DNA from: Flavobacteriales bacterium
GTDB lineage: Bacteria; Bacteroidota; Bacteroidia; Flavobacteriales_D; JAUILH01
Assembly: GCA_964230215.1 (NCBI GenBank)
Contig: CAXRGQ010000014.1
Coordinates: forward strand, 222,669 to 286,668
Length of the DNA: 64,000 nucleotides
Direction: 5' to 3'
Shown: positions 1 to 9,524 of the stretch, piece after piece
Layout of the letters: each line of letters starts with the position of its first letter
Numbering within the stretch: position 1 is the first letter of the stretch
Made by a program: the position numbers and the translations under genes
The notes under the pieces: generated by a model
Told to the model about the DNA's origin: nothing
The model's input: only the letters and a program-made list of their open reading frames with translations
Database searches by the model: none

Positions 1-1
1 A

Positions 2-109
2 GAAGAGGAATGTATGGAGCTATATAAAACTACAAAGCGGCGCTATGATGATAATCAAGAAGACATGGAGAAACTTAGTGAGGCTTGCGGCATCTTTAGA
101 AATTTTTAG
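2..109 (+). CDS. 3' end of a CDS entering from the left edge; product unknown
   Basis: Frame 2 is open from the window edge to TAG at 107-109 (...EEECMELYKTTKRRYDDNQEDMEKLSEACGIFRNF*). It is too short to identify. Confidence 0.3.
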   Translation, partial: EEECMELYKTTKRRYDDNQEDMEKLSEACGIFRNF

Positions 110-158
110 TTCCTCTTGTTCCCGCGCGATTGTATCACGCGGCTAGCAAGCACTAACC

Positions 159-989
159 CTAAAACAAATGCTCATCCACCCAAGCAGATAAATTCGCTTG
201 ATCTGGCTTTCCGTAATACTCGTTTAAGTATGAAGTGATGTCCTCTTTAGCTTTTTCTTTGTCCTCTTTGCCAACTTCAGCTAAAATAATCTCTAGTTCC
301 GTTTTTAAAGATTCCGTATCGCCAAAAATCAGCTCAAATCCACCAATGGCAGTGCTCGTTTTGTCATTTAAGTAAAATAACTCAACATTTTTTACTTTCG
401 AGCCATCAATAGCCTCTCCGTCAATTTTGTAGATTTCATTCGCATCCAGAATCAACTTATCGCCTTCGTAACTTAACTTTTTCGGAATTACTTCTCCTTC
501 ATACGAATACTTCAAGTAGAAAAACTGGTTTTTAGTCGAATCCATTGGGAAACTCTTTGGTGAAACCTTTAGTTTGCTTACACCTAGCACCAAATATTTA
601 CCATCAAAATGATTCTGCAAATCAATGATGTTGTTTAATCCACCAGCACGCGGACTAATGTTGTTCATGGGCGGTAATAATGTAGCCTGGGTGGTTTCAC
701 TTCCTTTCGGACTTAAAATCTTACGACCATTTACTTTGCTGATTACAGCTGCTCGGGATTGCTGTGTTTTAAAGGTTATCTTCTCATTCGACTGAAAAAC
801 ATCCCCTTGAGACATGTCTTTCCCGTTTCGTGTGTAAATAATCTTTCCATTTACTTTGATTACGCGGTAGCTGTCTACGGCTACGGCTTCTGCAGTAAAC
901 TTTTCTTCACCTTCACTGGCGTAAGAATTTACACTCATGTAAACGTATCCAGCGGTTGATAATGCACAAAGACTTAGTAGTAGTTTCAT
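159..989 (-). CDS. Secreted protein of unknown function, third gene of the ECF sigma / membrane-partner operon; weak FecR-like stretch
   Basis: 276-aa ORF with signal peptide MKLLLSLCALSTAGYVYMSVNSYA. It lies 79 nt downstream of 1069-1908 on the same strand. The segment NGKDMSQGDVFQSNEKITFKTQQSRAAVISKVNGRKILSP resembles the FecR sensor-domain pattern (by eye, weak). Confidence 0.6.
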   Translation of the reverse strand: MKLLLSLCALSTAGYVYMSVNSYASEGEEKFTAEAVAVDSYRVIKVNGKIIYTRNGKDMSQGDVFQSNEKITFKTQQSRAAVISKVNGRKILSPKGSETTQATLLPPMNNISPRAGGLNNIIDLQNHFDGKYLVLGVSKLKVSPKSFPMDSTKNQFFYLKYSYEGEVIPKKLSYEGDKLILDANEIYKIDGEAIDGSKVKNVELFYLNDKTSTAIGGFELIFGDTESLKTELEIILAEVGKEDKEKAKEDITSYLNEYYGKPDQANLSAWVDEHLF

Positions 990-1068
990 CCCGAATAATT
1001 TTTAATCCCTTTATAACAAATTTAATACCATTTTGCCATAAATCCAATTACGGGAAAAAACGTATTTT

Positions 1069-1908
1069 TTACTTAATCACAAATAGACGTAAGCTTCTCA
1101 GTCTAGCCTCTTTACCGTTTTCATCTTTCGCCATGATATCATAGAAATAAACTATGGATTTATACGGCAATGATTTAATAGCTTTTCTCATTTCTGGGGT
1201 GAATTGATTGCCTTCTGCCATGTATTCTTTGTCTTCATCTATCGCAGGGCATCCCATCTTAAACGAAAGTATTTCAAATGGATACACAGTCTCGATACCA
1301 TTGCTTAACAACACGGATTGATCAATGTTTCCGTCGTAAATGCCTGCTACATGAGGATTGTAATCCATTGGTGTGAATGATGTTTTTGGTAAGGGATCCT
1401 TATTCGCCTCTGGCGCACCAAGTTCATATGTGCTTTCGTATATTTTTCTGTCGGAAACTTGTTGTGCAGTATCTGTAGCAGTATTGTCAACTTCATTATT
1501 GCTGGTTGGTAATGATCCCGTTGCGCCATCGTTAGCAGGAGGTGTTGATTGATCTTCGTTTTCCGTTTGTGATTCGCTTGATGAGGCATCATCCAGAATG
1601 AGTACTTCTTCTTTGCCCTGCTCAGTAATTATCTCTGGATTGGTCTGAGCAACTTTTGTGTTCTCCGCCAACAGTTGGCTTTCATTTCTCTGAATATGCG
1701 CAGTGCTTTTTGATTCATCTTCAGATCTACTGCTAAATCCGGCAATAGTTCCGAGTACCAGCATAGTGCTAATACCTCCTAACCACCAGATTTTATACAG
1801 TGGATTTTTAAGAGCAACATAGCTTTTTAGAAGCGCAGAGAAATCTTTCGTTCTCGCAATGTCATCAGATCCAATATGCGGTCGATCGATTTTAATGTGG
1901 GGTTTCAT
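1069..1908 (-). CDS. Single-pass membrane protein, putative anti-sigma partner of the upstream ECF sigma
   Basis: Its start overlaps the sigma gene stop by 17 nt. It has about 40 cytoplasmic residues, then one TM helix (WWLGGISTMLVLGTIAGF), then an S/T/E/N-rich linker and a C-terminal domain. The architecture matches 51010-51834. Confidence 0.55.
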   Translation of the reverse strand: MKPHIKIDRPHIGSDDIARTKDFSALLKSYVALKNPLYKIWWLGGISTMLVLGTIAGFSSRSEDESKSTAHIQRNESQLLAENTKVAQTNPEIITEQGKEEVLILDDASSSESQTENEDQSTPPANDGATGSLPTSNNEVDNTATDTAQQVSDRKIYESTYELGAPEANKDPLPKTSFTPMDYNPHVAGIYDGNIDQSVLLSNGIETVYPFEILSFKMGCPAIDEDKEYMAEGNQFTPEMRKAIKSLPYKSIVYFYDIMAKDENGKEARLRSLRLFVIK

Positions 1909-2485
1909 AGGTCTTTATTTTAGCGTTAAATAAGGTCTTTAGTTTTTGTAAGGCTCTGTGCGTTTTTACTTTCACGTTGCTCTCACTTAAATTCAGAATT
2001 TCGGCTACCTCCTTAACAGGTCGTTTTTCGAAATACCTGAATTCAATTAACTGAATGTCTTCTTCACCTAACTCCCGAATTACTTCAGCGAGTGTAGATA
2101 AATCATCGCTATTGTCTTCGTAATTGTCATCCATGTCGCGGAGAGAAAAGACCTGCGTGTCAATGTTAACAGTTTTTTGCGCCTTCTTTTCTCTGTAGCT
2201 TTGATTCAACTCCGAATAAGCTATTCGATACAACCAGGACGAAAATGGTAAGCCTCTATGTTCATAGTTCGCTAAATTGTTCATCGCCTTTAAAAATACC
2301 TGACTACAAACATCTTTAGCTTCCTGAGAGTCACTAACTCGCTGGTATATGTATCTGAATATCTGTTCGTAATAACGATTGTACAATACCTCAAACTGCT
2401 CAGGATTTTGTTTGGCTCTTTCAATTAATTGAGCTTCTTTTTCAATGTCCTTGGCAGACTTGTGATATGTACTTGTTTCTGACAT
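1892..2485 (-). CDS. ECF-type (sigma-70 family) RNA polymerase sigma factor
   Basis: 197 aa. Region 2 (FEVLYNRYYEQIFRYIY, DVCSQVFLKA, PFSSWLYRIAYSE) and the region 4 HTH (VKEVAEILNLSESNVKVKTHRALQKLK) are recognisable. Confidence 0.9.
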   Translation of the reverse strand: MSETSTYHKSAKDIEKEAQLIERAKQNPEQFEVLYNRYYEQIFRYIYQRVSDSQEAKDVCSQVFLKAMNNLANYEHRGLPFSSWLYRIAYSELNQSYREKKAQKTVNIDTQVFSLRDMDDNYEDNSDDLSTLAEVIRELGEEDIQLIEFRYFEKRPVKEVAEILNLSESNVKVKTHRALQKLKTLFNAKIKTYETPH

Positions 2486-2521
2486 TCCTTACTATAACGC
2501 TATCAATGCGCTAGGTTACAA
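2486..2521 (-). promoter_or_regulatory. Candidate ECF-dependent promoter/leader motif pair shared with the second ECF sigma locus
   Basis: On the minus strand the sequence reads TTGTAACC (2514-2521), 17 nt, TATAGTAAGGA (2486-2496), then the ATG directly. The same two motifs occur at 52415-52454. Confidence 0.3.
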
Positions 2522-2587
2522 ATTTAATAAGTCTTATCTGTAACTAAATGGACAATATCATAGTATCATATAAGTTCATATTTATCT

Positions 2588-4474
2588 ATGAGTAATAATC
2601 GAATTATCCTATTAATACTGATGATTGCATCCATCCCATCACTTCTGTATGGGCAAACGGATACCACAATTGAGTACTCTAAGTTGGATATTGAGTCGAA
2701 TGATGACTTTAGCAGTTTTGCCATGTTAAAAGACGATTTGCCTGAATACAATGTGTTTTTTACAGGGGAGAATCACTTGTTTAGAACGAGCAATTACAAG
2801 CTCCAGCTCAAAATGCTCAAGTATTTATACAAGGAAGCTGGTGTACGACATCTTATTCTAGAGTTTGGGTTTAGTAGGGGGTATCTGGTGGATCAATACG
2901 TCCAAACGGGCGACACCAGTGTTTTTACCATCCTAAATGACTATAGCTTTGAGGAGTATTCTCGACTTTACAAAGGTCTATATGAATTCAATCAATCATT
3001 GCCAGAAGGTGAAAAGATTAAGGTGCATGGGGTAGATATCGAGCGTTCATATACGACACCTATAAAAGTGCTGAATCAATTATTACCTGCTGATTCGGTG
3101 CCCATCCACGATTCGATAGTGCTGAATATTGAGGTGCTCAAATCCTTTATGGGATATAATGATTCGAGATACAGGGAGTTTAATAGATCTCGAGATGACG
3201 AGTCGAAAAAGTTAGAGTATACCTACAAATCATACAGCAATTATTTCTCGAACCAGAACACGGTGGCTGCAATGTTGGCGAACTTCAAGAAACACAATGA
3301 AAAGTACCGTGCATACATTGGTGATAATTTTGAGATGTTTAGCCGAATTATGAGTGGAATGGAAGCAGAGGTGATAAGACAAGAGTATGAGGTTGGAAAT
3401 ATGTTCCATGGTACAATTTATCGCGAACAATACATGTATAAACAAGTGGAAGCGCTGTTAGATGAGTACAAGGGAGCAAAGATTTACGGACAGTTTGGAA
3501 GATGTCATACGGCCACCTCAGATCAGGATGAATGGTGCGATTTTTATCATTTTAAAACCTTGGCCAGTCGTTTGGGGAATTCGAAACACCCAGATTTAAA
3601 CGGAAAAGTAATGAGTATTGCCACCTATTACCCTAAACATTATGGCGAGCAGTCACACGTATCATTCGTTAGAGATTTAATGACCATCCTAGACATCAAA
3701 GGCCCCGGTTTAACACTAATTAAAAACAATGGGGATACTACAAGCTTTGGCGAATTAATTGGCAAGTTTGATTATGTAATAGTGAACAACTATGCATTGG
3801 ACGAGGAAGGTGATTTGGACAACGAGGAAGATGACGAGGAAGATGACAAGTCGAGTAGTTATGGAAGGACCTTCTTTACTGAGTTTACCGGTGATATCTC
3901 ATACTACTATTACAGCACAAAGCAATTGAATTCTGCCTTGGAGAATGTTGGTTTTAGTGGTTATGATGGTTTGATGAGAACATATGGGGGGAGTTTTACC
4001 ATTATAGAGGATTTTTGGACGTTTGCCCGCTTTAAATTTGATTACCTTCCATCAACTCAACTGATGAAAGATGATACAATTTCACTTAATCTGGGCGGAT
4101 GGAGTCAGCGTTTTCATTATGGTCTTGAATCCAGTGCAAGTACACGGTTTAATGTGTCGCCTTATGGCGGATTTGGTGTGTCTATGTTCAAATTAGATCT
4201 GTGGGATGGAACGTATTCTCAATCTTCGGATGGTTTATTTGAGACTACGCAGAAAAACGAGAGCGCCTACACCAATTGGGGTGTATTCTTGGATGCTGGA
4301 ATTGATATGAGGTATAACATTTCAATTTTCACAATAGGTGCTAGTTTGGGCTATCAATTTGATATGTCGAATAAGAAGTGGAGAGTAGATGGTGCACGTT
4401 CAGACGCAAGTCCATCGTTTTCACATTCAGCTCCTTACGCATCAATTTCACTTGGATTGTCGTTTGGCTACTAA
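2588..4474 (+). CDS. Secreted protein: N-terminal Tiki/ChaN/erythromycin-esterase-like domain, acidic linker, C-terminal beta-barrel-like domain
   Basis: 628 aa with signal peptide MSNNRIILLILMIASIPSLLYGQ. GxxH and E motifs fit the family (FFTGENHLF, RHLILEFGFSRGYLVDQYVQTGD, GQFGRCH). The linker is DEEGDLDNEEDDEEDDKSSS. The last ~200 aa show an alternating beta pattern and end in an aromatic residue (LGLSFGY*). Confidence 0.6.
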   Translation: MSNNRIILLILMIASIPSLLYGQTDTTIEYSKLDIESNDDFSSFAMLKDDLPEYNVFFTGENHLFRTSNYKLQLKMLKYLYKEAGVRHLILEFGFSRGYLVDQYVQTGDTSVFTILNDYSFEEYSRLYKGLYEFNQSLPEGEKIKVHGVDIERSYTTPIKVLNQLLPADSVPIHDSIVLNIEVLKSFMGYNDSRYREFNRSRDDESKKLEYTYKSYSNYFSNQNTVAAMLANFKKHNEKYRAYIGDNFEMFSRIMSGMEAEVIRQEYEVGNMFHGTIYREQYMYKQVEALLDEYKGAKIYGQFGRCHTATSDQDEWCDFYHFKTLASRLGNSKHPDLNGKVMSIATYYPKHYGEQSHVSFVRDLMTILDIKGPGLTLIKNNGDTTSFGELIGKFDYVIVNNYALDEEGDLDNEEDDEEDDKSSSYGRTFFTEFTGDISYYYYSTKQLNSALENVGFSGYDGLMRTYGGSFTIIEDFWTFARFKFDYLPSTQLMKDDTISLNLGGWSQRFHYGLESSASTRFNVSPYGGFGVSMFKLDLWDGTYSQSSDGLFETTQKNESAYTNWGVFLDAGIDMRYNISIFTIGASLGYQFDMSNKKWRVDGARSDASPSFSHSAPYASISLGLSFGY

Positions 4475-4505
4475 GCTTTGTTATTTTTGAGGCCAAATTA
4501 GTTTT

Positions 4506-6632
4506 ATGCAAGAGGCCATTCAGCAGCTTTCGAAGACACTTAGTTTACGCGAAAGTCAAGTTAAAAATGTACTTAAACTCCAGTCAGAAGGAGATACGAT
4601 TCCGTTTATAGCGCGCTACCGTAAGGAAATGACGGGTAGTTTGGATGAAGTCGCAATTCAGTCCATAATAGATGGTAAAGCTCAGCTTGACAAGTTAGAA
4701 GACAGAAGAGCAAAAATTCTAGCTTCCATTGAAGAACAGGGAAAACTAAGTGATGATTTAAGAGAGAAAATAGCTTCTGCAACGGACATTAATACGTTGG
4801 AAGATCTCTATCTGCCTTATAAATCCAAGCGTAAAACAAGGGCGGATAAAGCAAGAGATTTAGGTCTTGAAGGATTGGCTAAAATTATAATGAGTCAGGC
4901 TGACAACGACCTAAAATCGAGAGTTAAGCAATTTGTTAAAGGAGAGGTAAAGAGTGATGAAGACGCATTGCAGGGCGCAAGAGACATAATTGCAGAATGG
5001 ATAAATGAAAATGAATGGACACGACAACAGGTCCGCAGGGAATTCGGGTTTACCGCCACCATTCAGTCTAAACTCATCAAAAGTAAAAAGGAAGAAGCGG
5101 TTAAGTACGAGAATTATTTCGACTGGTCTGAGGCGCTCAAAAAGTGCCCATCACACCGCTATTTAGCTATGACGCGTGGTGAAAAAGAAGGTTTTTTGAG
5201 AGTGTCGGTGAGTATTGATGAAGACAACATCCTGGAAAAACTAAAAGGCCGATGGGTGAAATCATACAATCATTGTTCGCAAGAAGTTGAAGCGGCTTTA
5301 AAAGATGCTTACAAACGTTTGATAGCACCATCGGTTGAGAACGAATTCAGGTCTGCGCAAAAAGAAAAAGCGGATAGTGATGCTATCAAGGTCTTCGCGA
5401 CAAACTTAAAACAATTGCTCTTGCAACCACCTGTCGGAGAAAAACGAACGCTTGCGATTGATCCAGGATTCAGAACAGGATGCAAAGTGGTGTGCTTAGA
5501 CGAAACTGGGAAGTTGTTGCATAACGAAACGATCTATCCGCATCCACCGCAAAAAGAATGGTCTCAGGCAATTAAAAAACTCGCGCAATTAGTACAGATT
5601 TATAATGTTGAAGTAATTGCTATTGGAAACGGAACTGCTGGTAGGGAAACTGAAAATCTAGTCAAAAAAGTTGGTTTTGACCGAAAAGTACTGGTCTATG
5701 TGGTGGATGAATCTGGAGCGTCCATTTACTCAGCTTCTTCTGTAGGAAGGGAAGAGTTCCCCCAGCATGATGTAACGGTAAGAGGAGCTGTGTCCATTGG
5801 AAGGAGATTGATGGACCCTTTGGCTGAATTGGTTAAAATCGACCCGAAATCTATTGGGGTAGGGCAGTATCAGCATGATGTAGATCAAGGGATGCTAAAG
5901 CAATCGCTGGAAAGAGTAGTGGAGAGCGTGGTGAACTCGGTTGGTGTCAATCTCAATACAGCCAGTAAATATTTGTTACAAAATGTATCGGGTGTTGGAC
6001 CATCTTTAGCAGAATCGATAGTCGCTTATCGTGATGAAAATGGTAAGATAAGTTCGCGTGCCGAATTGAAAAAAGTGCCCAAGCTTGGACCTAAAGCCTT
6101 TGAACAGTGTGCAGCATTTCTTAGAATTGATGATGCTAAAAACCCACTAGATAATAGTGCCGTTCACCCTGAATCCTACAAAGTAGTAGACGCTATTTGC
6201 AAGCAACAAAAGTTAGAACTAAAGGCACTCATTAATAACGATGAGGTTTTGGATGGTTTGAATTTAGAGCAATTCGTTACGGAATCTATTGGACTTCCAA
6301 CCTTAAAAGATATTGTAGCCGAACTAAAAAAGCCGGGAAGAGATCCACGACAATATTTAGGTGTGTTGGAATTTGATAAAAGTATTCAAGGCATTGCAGA
6401 TTTAAAGCCCGGAATGGAGTTGCCTGGTTTGATTTCAAACGTAACGAATTTTGGGGCTTTCGTGGACATAGGAATCAAAGAAAACGGCCTGGTGCATATC
6501 TCTCAACTCCGTGACGAATATGTATCAAATCCAGCAGATGTTGTGAGTGTATACGATAAGGTTCGCGTAAAAGTGATGAGCGTTGATATGGACAAAAAAC
6601 GTATCCAACTCAGCATGAAGGGGCTTAACTAA
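4506..6632 (+). CDS. tex: Transcription accessory protein Tex (YqgF/RuvC-like, HhH and C-terminal S1 RNA-binding domains)
   Basis: 708 aa. The N-terminus carries IPFIARYRKEMTG. The YqgF-like region reads LAIDPGFRTGCKVV. The C-terminal S1 domain reads GLISNVTNFGAFVDIG...GLVHISQL. Confidence 0.92.
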   Translation: MQEAIQQLSKTLSLRESQVKNVLKLQSEGDTIPFIARYRKEMTGSLDEVAIQSIIDGKAQLDKLEDRRAKILASIEEQGKLSDDLREKIASATDINTLEDLYLPYKSKRKTRADKARDLGLEGLAKIIMSQADNDLKSRVKQFVKGEVKSDEDALQGARDIIAEWINENEWTRQQVRREFGFTATIQSKLIKSKKEEAVKYENYFDWSEALKKCPSHRYLAMTRGEKEGFLRVSVSIDEDNILEKLKGRWVKSYNHCSQEVEAALKDAYKRLIAPSVENEFRSAQKEKADSDAIKVFATNLKQLLLQPPVGEKRTLAIDPGFRTGCKVVCLDETGKLLHNETIYPHPPQKEWSQAIKKLAQLVQIYNVEVIAIGNGTAGRETENLVKKVGFDRKVLVYVVDESGASIYSASSVGREEFPQHDVTVRGAVSIGRRLMDPLAELVKIDPKSIGVGQYQHDVDQGMLKQSLERVVESVVNSVGVNLNTASKYLLQNVSGVGPSLAESIVAYRDENGKISSRAELKKVPKLGPKAFEQCAAFLRIDDAKNPLDNSAVHPESYKVVDAICKQQKLELKALINNDEVLDGLNLEQFVTESIGLPTLKDIVAELKKPGRDPRQYLGVLEFDKSIQGIADLKPGMELPGLISNVTNFGAFVDIGIKENGLVHISQLRDEYVSNPADVVSVYDKVRVKVMSVDMDKKRIQLSMKGLN

Positions 6633-6657
6633 ATAAAAAACTCCGTATCTTGTGGGT

Positions 6658-7683
6658 ATGAAACTTACCTCATTCATTGCTGCATTTATTGTCAGCATAA
6701 CTATTTCATTTGCCCAAATTCCGCCTAATTATTACGATAATGCGGCGTTTTTAACAGGAGAAGATCTACGTATAGCACTTAGCAACATCATTGATAACCA
6801 CACAGTAATTCAATACAGTAATTTGTGGAATAAATTCCCGCAAACTGATGCCACTGCCAGTAATAAGGTGTGGGATATTTACTCAGATAATCCATCAGGC
6901 ACAAATGCATATACCTACAACTTTGTATCTGATCAATGTGGTAATTATTCTGGCGAGGGCGATTGCTACAATAGAGAGCACTCGGTGCCTAAGAGTTGGT
7001 TCAATGATTTGTCTCCTATGAATTCGGACTTATTTCACATCTACCCAACAGATGGCTATGTAAATGGACAAAGAGGTAATAATGTATATGCAGAGGTGAA
7101 TTCGCCCAGCAGCACAACTAGTAATGGTAGCAGGATTGGTAATAGCTCTTCGCCTGGTTATTCGGGTGCAGCCTTTGAGCCCATTGATGATTATAAAGGA
7201 GACCTAGCAAGAACCTACTTCTATATGGCAACGAGATACAGAAGTAATATTCCATCATGGACATCTGATATGTTTGCAAGCAACAACTTAACGGCATGGG
7301 CAGAGAATGTTCTTTTAGCATGGCATCAGATGGATCCGGTAAGTCAGAAAGAGATTGATAGAAATAATGCTATTTACGGGATTCAGGGTAATAGAAACCC
7401 ATACATTGATCATCCAGAGTGGGTAGAATATATCTGGGGACCTATTGCAGGAGTGAATGAAGTGTTGGCTGAAAGCTCAGTTTACTATTCAAATGGTTAT
7501 TTGTACGCAAATTCCACCTTGCAAAAAGAAGTCAGTTTGAATATTTATTCTTTTGATGGTGCCTTAGTAAATACCTTATCAATTAGCGCTGGCAAATCGC
7601 TTGAATTCACATGCTCGACTGGCATCTATATAGTTAAGGAGGCGTCTGGTGCTTACTTAAAACTATCTCATATCAGTAAGTAA
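6658..7683 (+). CDS. Extracellular endonuclease I family nuclease with T9SS type-A C-terminal sorting domain
   Basis: Motifs present are NREHSVPKSWF, DLFHIYPTDGYVNGQRGN, GDLARTYFYMATRY and NRNPYIDHPEW. There is an N-terminal signal peptide and a C-terminal ~80-aa Por-tail-like region. The ORF track starts at GTG 6652, but ATG 6658 is more likely. Confidence 0.85.
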   Translation: MKLTSFIAAFIVSITISFAQIPPNYYDNAAFLTGEDLRIALSNIIDNHTVIQYSNLWNKFPQTDATASNKVWDIYSDNPSGTNAYTYNFVSDQCGNYSGEGDCYNREHSVPKSWFNDLSPMNSDLFHIYPTDGYVNGQRGNNVYAEVNSPSSTTSNGSRIGNSSSPGYSGAAFEPIDDYKGDLARTYFYMATRYRSNIPSWTSDMFASNNLTAWAENVLLAWHQMDPVSQKEIDRNNAIYGIQGNRNPYIDHPEWVEYIWGPIAGVNEVLAESSVYYSNGYLYANSTLQKEVSLNIYSFDGALVNTLSISAGKSLEFTCSTGIYIVKEASGAYLKLSHISK

Positions 7684-7694
7684 AAAAGACAAAA

Positions 7695-7737
7695 TGTCAG
7701 TCGTGAACCTGTAAAAACGACAAAATGACAGTTTTTT
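7695..7737 (+). terminator. Rho-independent terminator after the nuclease gene
   Basis: TGTCAGTCGT ... ACGAC(AAAA)TGACA forms a bulged hairpin followed by GTTTTTT. Confidence 0.5.
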
Positions 7738-7831
7738 AATTTGAATTCCGCCAAAATTTCTTAAAATCTGGATTGGTATCTCATTTGAAGTGTTGCTTTC
7801 AAACGAAATTAAAACACAAAAAATTAGAGAT

Positions 7832-8272
7832 ATGAACTTAGTAAGATTTAAACAGAACAAGCCAAACAATGGCATAGACAGAATTTTTAATGACTTTTTC
7901 GGTGGCGGCATGTTACCCTCTTCGTTTGTTGAGAGCAATTCACACGTTCCGGCAGTTAACATTGTAGAAAATGCAAAGTCATTCCACATTGAGATTGCGG
8001 CTCCAGGCTATGACAGAAATGATTTCAACGTAGATATCGACGGCAAAGCACTCTATGTTAATGCTGAAACAGCTAATACAAATGAAGAAGAGGGAAGCTC
8101 TTACACAAGAAGAGAATTTAGCAAAAGTAGCTTCACAAGATCGTTTACTTTACCAGACACGGTAGACATCAATAAAGTAAGTGGTCATTACGAAAACGGA
8201 ATCCTTTTCATTGAGATTCCTAAAAAAGAAGAGGCTATTGAGCCAGCTCCTAGAAGAGTTAAGATAAAGTAA
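7832..8272 (+). CDS. Small heat-shock protein, Hsp20/alpha-crystallin family
   Basis: The alpha-crystallin domain is recognisable (PAVNIVENAKSFHIEIAAPGYDRNDFNVDID...FTRSFTLPDTVD...YENGILFIEIPK). ATG 7832 is preferred over the ORF-track GTG 7790. Confidence 0.9.
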   Translation: MNLVRFKQNKPNNGIDRIFNDFFGGGMLPSSFVESNSHVPAVNIVENAKSFHIEIAAPGYDRNDFNVDIDGKALYVNAETANTNEEEGSSYTRREFSKSSFTRSFTLPDTVDINKVSGHYENGILFIEIPKKEEAIEPAPRRVKIK

Positions 8273-8311
8273 AAAGCGAATAGCAAGTAGTTAGTTTTTT
8301 TCATGGTAGAA

Positions 8312-8346
8312 AATCCCGGGTGAACCTAGTTTGCTCGGGATTTTTT
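8312..8346 (+). terminator. Rho-independent terminator after hsp20
   Basis: AATCCCG and CGGGATT form a 7-bp stem with a 17-nt loop, followed by TTTTTG. Confidence 0.6.
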
Positions 8347-8376
8347 GTGTATACTTAGTAGTAATTATTCGCATAG

Positions 8377-8922
8377 ATGAAGGATGTTATTGCATGGAAA
8401 AGGGAGACACGCAAACGTATGCTGCAGCAACGAGATGCACTGAAATCGAAGGAGAAAAGAGCCTATGATGAAAAGGTCTGCGCTTTCTTAAGCAATTTGG
8501 TAGACGAATTAAACGTCCAGACGATTCACTGTTATTTGCCCATGGGGAGCGAGATTAATGTCTTGCCATTTATCACAGAAATGCTTGATATGGATAAGAC
8601 CATAGTTTGCCCCAAAACTCTGCCGAAACCACACTTGGAAAACAGAGTTTTAACATCACTAAACGAACTAGAAAAAGGAGTTTTTGGTACTGTTCACCCA
8701 ACGGGGCCCGTATATTCAGGTCATTTCGACTTAATTGTAATGCCGGGCTTAGCCTTTGATGATTCAAGAAATCGTTTGGGCTATGGGGGAGCTTATTATG
8801 ATAACTTTATTATTCACCATCCTAAGGCATTCAAACAAGCTACTGCATACCCGTTTCAATTAATAGATGAGGTGATGACGGAAGATCATGATAAAAAAGT
8901 GTCAGATGTTTATGTTAATTAA
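8377..8922 (+). CDS. 5-formyltetrahydrofolate cyclo-ligase
   Basis: 181 aa with the C-terminal signature VMPGLAFDDSRNRLGYGGAYYD and an N-terminal K/R-rich helix typical of the family. Confidence 0.85.
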   Translation: MKDVIAWKRETRKRMLQQRDALKSKEKRAYDEKVCAFLSNLVDELNVQTIHCYLPMGSEINVLPFITEMLDMDKTIVCPKTLPKPHLENRVLTSLNELEKGVFGTVHPTGPVYSGHFDLIVMPGLAFDDSRNRLGYGGAYYDNFIIHHPKAFKQATAYPFQLIDEVMTEDHDKKVSDVYVN

Positions 8923-9001
8923 TTCCATAGGATTTAGCAATTGATTAATAAAAGCAAATAAATTTTATGTATATTTACTTAGCAATCAAAACACTATCAG
9001 A

Positions 9002-9352
9002 ATGAAAAAACTACTTACTATATCATTGATGTTAGCCTTTTCTGCAATGACATTTGCTCAGGATGGATCAACTAAACAGAAGAAAACGCCAGAGGACGTT
9101 GCTAAGCGTAAGACAGAAAAATTAGCCGCTCAATTAGAATTATCCGATGAACAAAAAGAGAAGGTATACGAATTAAACCTATCTGCCGCTAGGGATAAGC
9201 AAGAACTCAATGTTGAGTATAAGGACAAAGATGATGCTGAGAGAAAAGAAGCCGCTGATGCTGCACGAAAAGACTACAACCAAAGTTTAAAAGAGATTCT
9301 TACAGAGCCTCAGATGCGAAAGTATTATGAGCTTAAGGCTAGTAAGCGATAG
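9002..9352 (+). CDS. Small periplasmic LTxxQ-motif (Spy/CpxP-like) protein, paralog of 11979-12401
   Basis: Signal peptide MKKLLTISLMLAFSAMTFAQ precedes a K/E-rich helical body. The motifs LSDEQKEKVYEL and ILTEPQMRKY align with the paralog (LSEEQKEKVYDL, ILTDEQAEVW). Confidence 0.7.
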   Translation: MKKLLTISLMLAFSAMTFAQDGSTKQKKTPEDVAKRKTEKLAAQLELSDEQKEKVYELNLSAARDKQELNVEYKDKDDAERKEAADAARKDYNQSLKEILTEPQMRKYYELKASKR

Positions 9353-9372
9353 TAGAAGAAATTGAACTTTTG

Positions 9373-9402
9373 AAAACCCTGACTGCAAAGTTGGGGTTTT
9401 TT
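9373..9402 (+). terminator. Rho-independent terminator
   Basis: AAAACCC, a 13-nt loop and GGGGTTTT are followed by TT. Confidence 0.6.
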
Positions 9403-9524
9403 ATGCTTGATTTTTTGGTGCTGTATAGGATGGATGAACATAATTAGCAGATTGGGTGGTAACTATATTCATATATAGGGAGTAAAGTTGCTAACCATAG
9501 CCAGGCGTTGTGCCTCATACCAAA

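Noticed and set aside
122-143. GC-rich hairpin (CCGCGCG...CACGCGG) between the convergent genes at the left edge, considered as a terminator
   Set aside because: The stem is short and imperfect, with no U-tract on either strand.
3796-3856. GAGGAAGATGAC-type nucleotide repeats, with a similar tract at 40190-40368
   Set aside because: They simply encode poly-Asp/Glu linkers or tails and are not an independent repeat element.
4378-4611. 77-aa ORF bridging the end of 2588-4474 and the start of tex
   Set aside because: It overlaps two better-supported genes in other frames.
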